Assembly: GCA_041640595.1 (NCBI GenBank)
Contig: JBEPZY010000002.1
Coordinates: 404,651-468,650 of the forward strand
Reading direction: 5' to 3'
Length of the DNA stretch: 64,000 bases
From: Gemmatales bacterium
Lineage (GTDB): Bacteria > Planctomycetota > Planctomycetia > Gemmatales > HRBIN36
Shown here: positions 30,450 to 39,224 of the stretch, piece after piece
Numbering within the stretch: the first letter of the stretch is position 1
Layout: every line of letters begins with the position of its first letter
Made by a program: the position numbers and the translations under genes
Notes under the pieces: generated by a model
Database searches by the model: none
Seen by the model: only the letters and a program-made list of their open reading frames with translations
What the model was told of the DNA's origin: nothing

Positions 30450-32003
30450 TTAGCCGGTGCGGGCGAGTACCTGCGTTCGCGCCAGTTGCAATCGGCGAAG
30501 GGTCTCGTCGCGCCCGAGGATGGCGAGGATGTCAAACAATCCAGGGCCGACCGTAACGCCCGTGGTGCTCACCCGCAGGGCATGAATGAGGTCACCGGGT
30601 TTCACCTGCTCCCGTTCACAAAACTGGCGTAAAGCCGTTTCCAGGTGCTCGGCGTCCCAGGGCTCGGTCTGCTGGAGAACTGATGCGAACCGCTCCAGGA
30701 TTTCCAGCATACCAGGCTTGGCCAGGCGTTTCTGCACGGCCGATGGGTCATATTGCGGGTCGCGGAAGAAAAACGCCCCGTAGGTCAGGATGTCCGAAAA
30801 CAGTTTCAGTCGCTCTCCGCACGCCTCGACAACCCGGCGGATTTTCTCACGAGTGGCTGGATCAATCGGCTCATGCACCAGCCCAGCGCGGAGCAGGTAA
30901 GGGATCACACCCGCTACTTTTTCGTCCAGGGGCAACTGTCGCATGTACTCCCCCGCCATCCAGTAGAGCTTGTCGGGATCGAAACTGGCCGGGGCGTCGT
31001 TGACCCGTTCCAGGCTGAAATGGCGGATCATCTCTTCCAGCGGGATAATTTCGCTGTGGTCGTCGAGGCTCCAGCCCAATCGCCCCAGATAATTGACCAG
31101 CGCTTGCGGCAGGTAGCCGAGTTCCCGATAGTAGGCCACCGTGGCGGGGTTGAGATCGATCCGATTATCAATCTCGGCATCCGAATAACCCAAAGCACGT
31201 AACTTGGCGCGAACCTCAGCGGTAACAAACTTTTGCATATCCCGTTTACTGAGTTTCTTTCTGGAACCTGGTTCACACACTACGGGCACGTGAGCAAACG
31301 CCGGCAGGTTCGCCCCCAGGGCTTCGAAAATGAGCATCTGAATCGGCGTGTTGGAAAGGTGCTCGGCAGCACGAATAACATGGGTAATTTTCATGGCGAT
31401 GTCGTCCACGACGGTGGCAAAATTGTACAGCGGTCGGCCATCGCTTCGCACAATCACCGGATCGCCGAGCAGGTCTGTTTCCCATTCCACCCGCTTGCGG
31501 ATCAAATCGTCGAGGACAATCTTGCGGCCCAGGGGAATCTTGAACCGTAGCGGTAAGCGTTTTTCTCGCCAGATTTGCAACGCCTCGGTGGGAGACAGAT
31601 CACGTCCTTTGCCGCGATGGATATAGGGACGTTTGGCGGCTTCGGCAGCCTTGCGCTCGGCGTCTAACTCCTCCACGGTGGCCAGGCAAGGATATGCGTG
31701 GCCGCTTTCCACCAACTGTTGAGCCGCCTGCTGGTACAGTTGCAGACGCTGCGACTGAAAATAAGGAGCGTATGGCCCACCGACTTCCGGCCCTTCATCC
31801 CACAAAATCCCAAGCCAGCGAAACCCGTCCAGAATCGGTTGCAGTGCTTCGGGGACGTTTCGTTCCACATCAGTGTCGTCAATACGCAAAACGAACTGGC
31901 CACCGTGCCGACGGGTGAACAGCCAGTTGAATAGTGCAGTACGCACTCCACCGATGTGCAAATATCCCGTAGGACTCGGAGCAAATCGCGTCCGGACACT
32001 CAT
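30450..32003 (-). CDS. gltX: Glutamate-tRNA ligase
   Basis: RTRFAPSPTGYLHIGG, LRIDDTD, KLSKR, anticodon-binding domain; ATG 32003. Confidence 0.96.
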   Translation of the reverse strand: MSVRTRFAPSPTGYLHIGGVRTALFNWLFTRRHGGQFVLRIDDTDVERNVPEALQPILDGFRWLGILWDEGPEVGGPYAPYFQSQRLQLYQQAAQQLVESGHAYPCLATVEELDAERKAAEAAKRPYIHRGKGRDLSPTEALQIWREKRLPLRFKIPLGRKIVLDDLIRKRVEWETDLLGDPVIVRSDGRPLYNFATVVDDIAMKITHVIRAAEHLSNTPIQMLIFEALGANLPAFAHVPVVCEPGSRKKLSKRDMQKFVTAEVRAKLRALGYSDAEIDNRIDLNPATVAYYRELGYLPQALVNYLGRLGWSLDDHSEIIPLEEMIRHFSLERVNDAPASFDPDKLYWMAGEYMRQLPLDEKVAGVIPYLLRAGLVHEPIDPATREKIRRVVEACGERLKLFSDILTYGAFFFRDPQYDPSAVQKRLAKPGMLEILERFASVLQQTEPWDAEHLETALRQFCEREQVKPGDLIHALRVSTTGVTVGPGLFDILAILGRDETLRRLQLARTQVLARTG

Positions 32004-32661
32004 GCGGGTTCCTCGTGAGTGTGGTTGCCAGAAAGAACCGTCCACTTCCGGGTCAGCGCCGACCGTGATAGAGCCAAGCATTGGCCTGATCACGCATCGT
32101 ACTCACTATTACGCAACCGTTCAGCTGAACGCAAGTGGGCCAACCATCGGCCCGATCACGCACAGTGCCCTGCTTGCTCAGGCCGCAACAAAAGAGCATT
32201 GGTCGGTCGGCCGCTGGTCTGTTCGCAGTCAGTTTCTCCAGCACACACGCTGGCCATTTTAGCGGCTGGCTACAGTGCGGCAGCAACCTGGGTCGGTGAC
32301 GACCGCTGGTTGGGCTTGTGTTCTCATCGTTCGCCTCGGTGTATGGTACCAACCTGGGGCAGTGATGACCCGTCGGCCAGGTGAGGATAGGCACAAGTTC
32401 AACCGCCGCGCACCGTGGTTTCGCAGCCTCAGGTATCAGCGGCCAGGCAAAAGTAGGCACAGGTTGGATGCAGCGGTTCATCTGCGCAGTGCGGAAATCC
32501 AGATGCGGGCCTGCAAAGGGACAGTCAATCAAAGCCGGTCGGGATATGATGGTGCCAGAGAAAATAACAGAAAGGTGCTGCAACAGAGCGGATCGGCGAA
32601 CTGATTGCAGTGGGCCTGCGGGCATTTGTCATTCGCCTGCCCAACCCATACATCGTCCAGC

Positions 32662-35439
32662 ATGAACCGACAGGCTTTTTGTCTGACACCGTATCGCTTG
32701 CCCGGCCAGCATACCATGATGCTGACCGGCGAAGACGTCGTGGCGCTATGGAATGGCTATTTGATCCTGTGGCACCCGGCGGTAGTGCGTCTCTGCAGTG
32801 AGCCGCCTCGGTTAGCTTCGCCGTATGACCATGAGCAACCGTCCGGGCCTCACATTTACGCCCTGCCCGAAACACCGCCGCTATTTCTGCCGGATGACTG
32901 GGAGGAGCGAGTCGCTCAGGCCGGCGGGGTAGCGGTGCGGGTGGGTTTGGAACGTCACAGCGCCCAAAAGGAATTGCTGCAAAAGTTGGGCCTGTCCGAA
33001 TCCACGCCGGCAACGCTGGCTGGATTTTATGGGCTGGGGCTGGGTTTCGCGCTAATGGATGCCTTTTTTGAGGGAATGCAGCATCCTTCCAGCCTGGCGG
33101 TGAACGATTTTTGGGCAGATGTTCAGGCAGCGGCGACGGCTGCGGATGAGGCGACGCAGCACCGTTTGCTTCAGGCGGCAGCACAACGTTTACGCGAGGC
33201 CCGCGAGACACTCTACAGCGGCACGATCTATCTGTTAGCGGTGCTGCTCACGGAGGACGTGTCGGCTGGTTCGGTGACGGAATCCTTCCTGCGCCACGAT
33301 CTACCCTGCAACATCATCGCCAGTGCTGAGACGTGGCAGCGCTGGGCGAAAGAGTGTCCGGATATCTGGCCGCTATTGTGCGAGCGCGTGCTGCAGGAAC
33401 GGCTGGAGGCTTGTGCTGCCCCTCTGCTGGAACGACCCGATGCCCTTTTGCCTGTCGCGTCGCAGCTGTGGAATTTGCGGAGCGGTCTGGGTGCCCTGAA
33501 GGATTTGCTCCGTACCGAGTTGCGTGTATTTGGCCGAAAACATTTCGGCTATGTGCCGACGTTTCCGTCGCTTCTGCATGCCCTGGGTTTGAGCCGGGCG
33601 TTCTTCCTGCCCCTGGAAGAAGGTGTGGTGCCGGAATTTCGTGCCACTACCATCGAATGGACTTCACCCGACGGTCATCGCATCGAAGCCATCACGCGTA
33701 AGCCTCTGCCTGGAGAAGATCCGCTCACGTATTTCCATCTGGCCTACCATCTGGTGAAAACTATCCGCGAGGATACTACTCCGAATTTGCTGTTTGCTTT
33801 TCGGCAGAAGCAGCCTCCGGTAGTGGCGGAGGACTGGCTGGCGCTGCAAGGACTGGCACCTGTGTTCGGGGAGTTTGTTACGGCGACCCGCCTGATGAAC
33901 GAGGTGCCGATCGGCGAATATCCTTCGCCACCCGGTGCCGACGATTTTCACTCCTGCTATCTGGATGACCTGACGGCCCAGGGGGAAGCCGATCCGGTGA
34001 GTCGGTTTGTCCGGCATCACCGTTTGCGGCGGTGGCTGGATGCGCTGTGGACTCTGGCGGCACTCTGGCGTGCGTTGATGCCGAAGGAAACGAACACGGA
34101 CTGGCTCGGACGTTTTGCTGCTGTCGAACAGGCTCTGGAACGCGGGGAAGAAGTGGAATCGGCGCTGGCCGGTCTGGCCCAGGAAACGATGCACCGTCTG
34201 GCCGAGCGATTACTGGTGCGAGCCACTTCGGAACAACCCGGCCATTTGATTTTCAATCCAGGAACGGCGACGCGGCGAATAGCAACCGTGCTGGACAACA
34301 TCACCACACCATTACCTGCACCCGCTAAAGCCACGCAACCGCTCGGCGGTGGCAAAGCTGAAGTGGTGGTGGAAGTGCCCGCTTTGGGTTTTGCCTGGTT
34401 GCCGAATCAGGTTGCCGCCGGCACACGGGTAGCTTTGCCGAAAACCAGGCTCGTCGAGGGTTACGCACTCCGCAACGAATTTTTCGAGGCGGAAGTGGAT
34501 GAACAATCCGGTGGCCTGCGGTCGTTTCGCGATTACAAATGGCGGCATAACCGCATCGGCCAGATTCTCGCTTTTGTGCCGGGAAGCGAAATGCGAACAG
34601 AACAGATTGAGGTGGTCTCCTCCGGGCCGAGTCGGGGCGAGATCATCAGTCGTGGGCAGTTGCTGGACGGTCAGGGGCAGCGACTCGCTCGGTTTCAACA
34701 ACGCTTTCGCATCTGGCGGGGTCATCCGCTATTACACCTGGAGATCACGCTGGAACCGGAACAAGAATTGCCAGTTGCCGCTCGCGCGAGTGAAAGCCCC
34801 TACGGCGGAGTTTCCCCCTGGCATACCGCTTATGTGTGTCGCTGGGCATGGCGGGATACGGCGGCGAAATTATTTCGCTCGGTCGGCGGAACAGTTTATC
34901 CCACGCAGCACACCCGGCCGGAAACCGCAGAATATATCGAAGTCCGCACTCCTTTTAGCCGCACCACGCTCTTTACCGGCGGCTTGCCTTTTCTGCAACG
35001 CCACAGTCAGCGTATGCTCGATATCATCCTGCTTTGTCCGGGCGAAACCAGCCGCACCTTCGAACTGGCTCTGGGACTGGAGTTGGAACAACCCGGGCAG
35101 CTGGCACTGGACTGGCTCACGCCGGCACTGACCATTCCGGTGAACAAAGGCCCGCCTCATGTGGGAAGCAGCGGTTGGCTGGCCTGGGTGGACGCGGCCA
35201 ATGTTGCCCTGGTTTCCCTGCGAGTCGCCGACGATGGTAGTCCGACCTGGCTGGTGCGGTTGCAGGAAACCCAGGGCGTAGCGACCGAATGCCACCTGCG
35301 TTGTCCGCGATCGCCCGTCCATGCCTGTGTGGTGGACGAATGGAATCAGCCCCAGCACGACCTTGCTATTGACGGTGACGCCGTGCGGCTTTTCCTCGGT
35401 GCGGGGGAATTGACGCACATTCGCGTCGAGTTTGCCTGA
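32662..35439 (+). CDS. Planctomycete GH38 alpha-mannosidase-like protein (probably degenerate)
   Basis: Long ORF; EWTSPDG, FNP...R, VEVPALGF, LRNEFFEAEVDEQSGGL and VRLQETQG resemble the GH38 middle and C-terminal scaffold; no clear metal-binding His/Asp motifs. Confidence 0.6.
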   Translation: MNRQAFCLTPYRLPGQHTMMLTGEDVVALWNGYLILWHPAVVRLCSEPPRLASPYDHEQPSGPHIYALPETPPLFLPDDWEERVAQAGGVAVRVGLERHSAQKELLQKLGLSESTPATLAGFYGLGLGFALMDAFFEGMQHPSSLAVNDFWADVQAAATAADEATQHRLLQAAAQRLREARETLYSGTIYLLAVLLTEDVSAGSVTESFLRHDLPCNIIASAETWQRWAKECPDIWPLLCERVLQERLEACAAPLLERPDALLPVASQLWNLRSGLGALKDLLRTELRVFGRKHFGYVPTFPSLLHALGLSRAFFLPLEEGVVPEFRATTIEWTSPDGHRIEAITRKPLPGEDPLTYFHLAYHLVKTIREDTTPNLLFAFRQKQPPVVAEDWLALQGLAPVFGEFVTATRLMNEVPIGEYPSPPGADDFHSCYLDDLTAQGEADPVSRFVRHHRLRRWLDALWTLAALWRALMPKETNTDWLGRFAAVEQALERGEEVESALAGLAQETMHRLAERLLVRATSEQPGHLIFNPGTATRRIATVLDNITTPLPAPAKATQPLGGGKAEVVVEVPALGFAWLPNQVAAGTRVALPKTRLVEGYALRNEFFEAEVDEQSGGLRSFRDYKWRHNRIGQILAFVPGSEMRTEQIEVVSSGPSRGEIISRGQLLDGQGQRLARFQQRFRIWRGHPLLHLEITLEPEQELPVAARASESPYGGVSPWHTAYVCRWAWRDTAAKLFRSVGGTVYPTQHTRPETAEYIEVRTPFSRTTLFTGGLPFLQRHSQRMLDIILLCPGETSRTFELALGLELEQPGQLALDWLTPALTIPVNKGPPHVGSSGWLAWVDAANVALVSLRVADDGSPTWLVRLQETQGVATECHLRCPRSPVHACVVDEWNQPQHDLAIDGDAVRLFLGAGELTHIRVEFA

Positions 35440-35616
35440 ACGACTGGACTGGCGAAAAGGCTGCTCGCTGGTTAGATTGCCCGTAATGCCTGACCACTGG
35501 CCTGGCTCGACCGATTGGGCAGCATAGCAGGTGATGCAAAGCCTCCAGGGTCAGTACGAGCGAGGAGCGTCGGCTTCTCCTGGTCAGCAGAAGCAACTAT
35601 TTCGCGGAGGAAAAAC

Positions 35617-36225
35617 ATGCTCGGCTGGCATCTCGGTGCGCGGGAGTATCTCCGGCGTGTGGGCGAGGAGTTATTGCGCTTAGACACGCGGCAAATCGAA
35701 AAGCTCGCCGACCTGCTCTACCAGTGCTACGAGCAGGGGCGATTTGTTTTCATCTGCGGCAACGGTGGCAGTGGTGCCAACGCCTCCCATTTTTGTGAGG
35801 ATTTGGGCAAGGGCACGCTTCGCCGCGAGGATTTCGAAAACGACCAGCGTAAACGGCTCAAAGTCCTCAGCCTCACCGACAACACGCCTTACATCCTGGC
35901 CTGGGCTAACGATGAAGGATTCGATCGCATTTTCGTCGAACAACTCAAGAATCTGGCCAGTCCCGGCGACCTGCTCATTGCCATCAGCGGTTCGGGCAAC
36001 AGTCCCAACGTGCTGCGTGCGGTGGAATGGGCCAACCGGCACGGGTTAACCACGTTCGGCTGTACCGGGTTCAACGGCGGCAAACTCCGACAGCTGGCCC
36101 ATTATCATTTCCACGTCCCCATGGACGACATGGGCATCGTCGAATCCATCCACCTGACGGTCTTCCACTGGGTGCTCGATAACCTTTACGCCCGCATTAA
36201 CGGCCTGGTTTCTCAGGCGGCGTGA
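35617..36225 (+). CDS. gmhA: SIS-domain phosphoheptose isomerase-like protein
   Basis: [46 protein letters not shown]. Confidence 0.8.
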   Translation: MLGWHLGAREYLRRVGEELLRLDTRQIEKLADLLYQCYEQGRFVFICGNGGSGANASHFCEDLGKGTLRREDFENDQRKRLKVLSLTDNTPYILAWANDEGFDRIFVEQLKNLASPGDLLIAISGSGNSPNVLRAVEWANRHGLTTFGCTGFNGGKLRQLAHYHFHVPMDDMGIVESIHLTVFHWVLDNLYARINGLVSQAA

Positions 36226-36962
36226 TAGGTCAGATAGACATACGACCAGATGCCAGCCGTGGCGCAAGCGCTCAGGGTCAGGCCGAACAAAAGTATCCAG
36301 CCGCGACGATACCCACCGGTCCAGCGATCCAGCCCGGCCATGGCTAGCAATGCGAAAATCCAGAGCACAGCCGTGGCGGCCACACCGAAAAGCAAACCGT
36401 TCATCCAGGCAGCACGCAGTTGCCGGAGCCGATCCGTCCAGCTTTCCAACACTTCCGGCGGAATGGTCAAAGTCACCCTCCGCATCACCCGTGTTTCTCC
36501 GGTGAGCGGATCGGCAGTTTCCTGACGCAGATGGCGTTCGTTTACGCCCGGCTGGCGGCGAAGCCAGGAGATTTCTCGTTCGATGACCGTTTCGCGGAAC
36601 GTATAGCCGGTCAGTTCCTCGGCCAGCAGGCTTATTTTCCGACGCAGGTCCCGATGCAATTCACGTTCGGTGACGTCATCGTCCCGGAAATCCCGTACCT
36701 CGGCGATAAGGATACGCGAACCGGGAGGAGCTTCGGTTTCTGCTCCCGCTGCCGGCTTTGAAGCGTCTGGCGCAGTTGCTCCCGACGTATCCAGGGGCAA
36801 GCCAGGTAGCTCAGTTTTCGGGGTTGTCAACGCGATAACCCGATCGGAAAGCTGCCTTTGTTCCAGCATGCCGGCAGAGATTGGCGCTGCAACCAATCCC
36901 ACCGTGAGCCAGGCCATCATCGTGCAGCCAACCGATACGGTAATGCCGCCTCGAGCGTACAT
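36213..36962 (-). CDS. Hypothetical membrane protein (signal plus 2 C-terminal TM helices)
   Basis: Hydrophobic N-terminus; two TM segments around [11 protein letters not shown]. Confidence 0.7.
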   Translation of the reverse strand: MYARGGITVSVGCTMMAWLTVGLVAAPISAGMLEQRQLSDRVIALTTPKTELPGLPLDTSGATAPDASKPAAGAETEAPPGSRILIAEVRDFRDDDVTERELHRDLRRKISLLAEELTGYTFRETVIEREISWLRRQPGVNERHLRQETADPLTGETRVMRRVTLTIPPEVLESWTDRLRQLRAAWMNGLLFGVAATAVLWIFALLAMAGLDRWTGGYRRGWILLFGLTLSACATAGIWSYVYLTYHAA

Positions 36963-37086
36963 ACCTGCTCCTTTCCGCCACTGCGAAGCCCGCAGCCAGT
37001 GTAGGAAGAACCAGGGCGACTACAAAGGGACGAGACACCCACGGAGGGTGTCTCGTTGGGGGCGCCGGCAGGGGGTGAACCGACCT

Positions 37087-37851
37087 TTACTTTTTCAACG
37101 CTTCATCTACACGTTCCAGCAATGGACGATCATCCAGCTCGACCGGAATCTGGCCAGGCGCGTTGGCATTCTCACGCATTTTCTGGCGACTTCGCAGTTC
37201 CTTTTCGATTTCGTTTGCCAGACGGGTGGCTTCCTGCAGCTTGCTGGCATCCATGGTAACCGCGACGTCCGGCTGCATGTCCTGGAGTCGTTTCAACTCC
37301 TTCAGTTCGTCCCGCTTCTGGGCCAGCCGCTCGATGTGGATGCGAACCTGGCCGATAGCCGTTCGGTTTTCTTCCAGCGCTTGCATACGTTTTTCCAGAG
37401 TTTCGCGTTTGGTGGCCAGAATTTTTTCGGTAGATTCCAGGCGGTTGAGTCGCCGGGCCAGGTCGTTTTCAACCTGCTTACGGGTGTAAGTTTTGCCGCC
37501 GAATTCAAACGTCTGGCGTCCCTCATCCCGCAGCGCATCACGCAGTTTCGCCATTTCCGCTTTTTGCCGGCTGATGTCGGCTTCCACTTGCTGGATGTCT
37601 TTCTGGAGGTATTCGACTTCCACTTCGAGTCGAGCGAGAGCTTGCTCATTGCGCCGCAACTCGTTCTCCGCGTCGCCGATAAAAGTGCTCAGGCGGTCGA
37701 TCTCGAAATCGAGCGGCACCTGTTCACGGATGGTTTGTCCAGTTGCCCTCCAGAACGTGCGAACATAGCTCCAAAAGGTGCTGAAGCCGATACTGGAGAT
37801 GGCCAATCCCAGCACACCGACAGTCGTCCACAGTTTCCAGGACTTCAACAT
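37087..37851 (-). CDS. Membrane-anchored/exported coiled-coil protein
   Basis: N-terminal hydrophobic helix, WSYVRT, QVPLDFEIDR, long heptad region; AGGAGG RBS. Confidence 0.8.
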   Translation of the reverse strand: MLKSWKLWTTVGVLGLAISSIGFSTFWSYVRTFWRATGQTIREQVPLDFEIDRLSTFIGDAENELRRNEQALARLEVEVEYLQKDIQQVEADISRQKAEMAKLRDALRDEGRQTFEFGGKTYTRKQVENDLARRLNRLESTEKILATKRETLEKRMQALEENRTAIGQVRIHIERLAQKRDELKELKRLQDMQPDVAVTMDASKLQEATRLANEIEKELRSRQKMRENANAPGQIPVELDDRPLLERVDEALKK

Positions 37852-38005
37852 GGTTTAGTCCTCCTTTTAGTGGTTGGCGTTAGACTCCAAATGCTACCTT
37901 TCAGTTGTCCGGCTGCTCTTCGCCGGCCTCTACCAGGTAATACGAACCAGCCGGCCAAAATCTGACAGCATGCGCGGGAAAAATTTCTGCAAGCCGGCTT
38001 CCAGG

Positions 38006-38911
38006 TTACTTTTCCAGGTCGGCATTGCACAACCGACAGGCTGCTTCCCGAACGTGATAGTGCACGTCGTGGTAATCCGGATGCGAAGGGTTGGCCCGAT
38101 ATTGCAACAGTCGGGTTTCGCTGGGACAGAGCGCTCCCATCTCATTTATCACGAAACGCAGTACCTCGGCGAAATTCGAGAATCGAGTCGTCTCCGGGAG
38201 CGACAAACTGTTTCGGGGCTGGCGATGCAGTGTCAAAAAAACACTGCGGTGAACGTCGCGCTTTTCGATACGCTCACGGATCCAGTCGCGGGCTCGCTTG
38301 ATGAGCTGGTCCACATGATTGCGCCCTAAACCCAGAGCGCGTGCGACCTCGTCGGGTTTCTGGTCTCGTAATCTTCGCTCGTAAACCTCTTTTTTCAATG
38401 CCTGGCCGTTACTTTCGCACCAGCTTACGAATTCCCGGAAAATGTCGCTGAGGAGTCGAACCTGCCGCTGACGTCGTTCCGCCTCGCCGAGGATGATGGA
38501 AGGATCAGCGATCGCCGCCTGCGGTTCCACTCGGGTAGCCGAGGAATCGTCGGGCGTCTGACTGGTCATGGATTCAAAGTAACTGAATTCGCGTGCACGC
38601 AATAAATCAATTCCCCGCCAGCGTAACAGACGCCGCATATATCGCATCCATGTTTCCTCCCAGCTAAGTCCCTGACGGCGATAATCATCCAGGCGATTGA
38701 GCAACGCTTGCAGTTTCTCGGAGCTCTGTTCCGCCTGCTCACTACCGGGCCGGAATACGCTTAGGACTTCGCATAACACTTCCTGGACTACATCCTGGAC
38801 TCGCTCTTTCAGATTGGGAAAGACGTTGCGAAGATACGCTTGCAATCGGATCAGGTTACGCTCACTTGCGAACAAACTGTTGAAGTGGTTGCGGGCCTCG
38901 GTTACGCTCAC
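38006..38911 (-). CDS. ECF sigma factor with C-terminal zinc-finger extension
   Basis: VQDVVQEV (region 2.2), IDLLR, EVARALGLGRNHVDQLIKRAR (region 4); C-terminal CPSE...H..HYH.....CRLC; GGAAGGAG RBS before GTG 38911. Confidence 0.75.
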   Translation of the reverse strand: MSVTEARNHFNSLFASERNLIRLQAYLRNVFPNLKERVQDVVQEVLCEVLSVFRPGSEQAEQSSEKLQALLNRLDDYRRQGLSWEETWMRYMRRLLRWRGIDLLRAREFSYFESMTSQTPDDSSATRVEPQAAIADPSIILGEAERRQRQVRLLSDIFREFVSWCESNGQALKKEVYERRLRDQKPDEVARALGLGRNHVDQLIKRARDWIRERIEKRDVHRSVFLTLHRQPRNSLSLPETTRFSNFAEVLRFVINEMGALCPSETRLLQYRANPSHPDYHDVHYHVREAACRLCNADLEK

Positions 38912-39224
38912 GGCCAGCTCCTTCCGTTCGGTGCTGCGGCAGGTCAAAAAACCCGGCAACAATCGGTCACTCGGCAAAGCGCGTCGCCTTCGGCTTTGCC
39001 CGGCTTCCGGTTTTCAATGTCTATCTGTAGGCGAAACTTCCCCGTGAAGCAAGCGTTGCACAGCCTGCGCATAAAAGTTTTCACACTCAGCGGGGCACTC
39101 AGGCACCCGGCTGCCGTAGTAACTAAGCCTGGCTGCCGTGGTAATTAGGCCTGGCGTCGCTCGGGCAATAGTATCCGGCAGCTATGCACCGAACCGTGAG
39201 GCGGCCTTTTCGAGTGAAGGGCAG

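Noticed and set aside
32004..32661. Gene or ncRNA in the gap between gltX and the GH38-like gene (also 42100-42760, 45600-46040, 61420-61940)
   Set aside because: No convincing ORF, tRNA fold or riboswitch motif that I could recognise.
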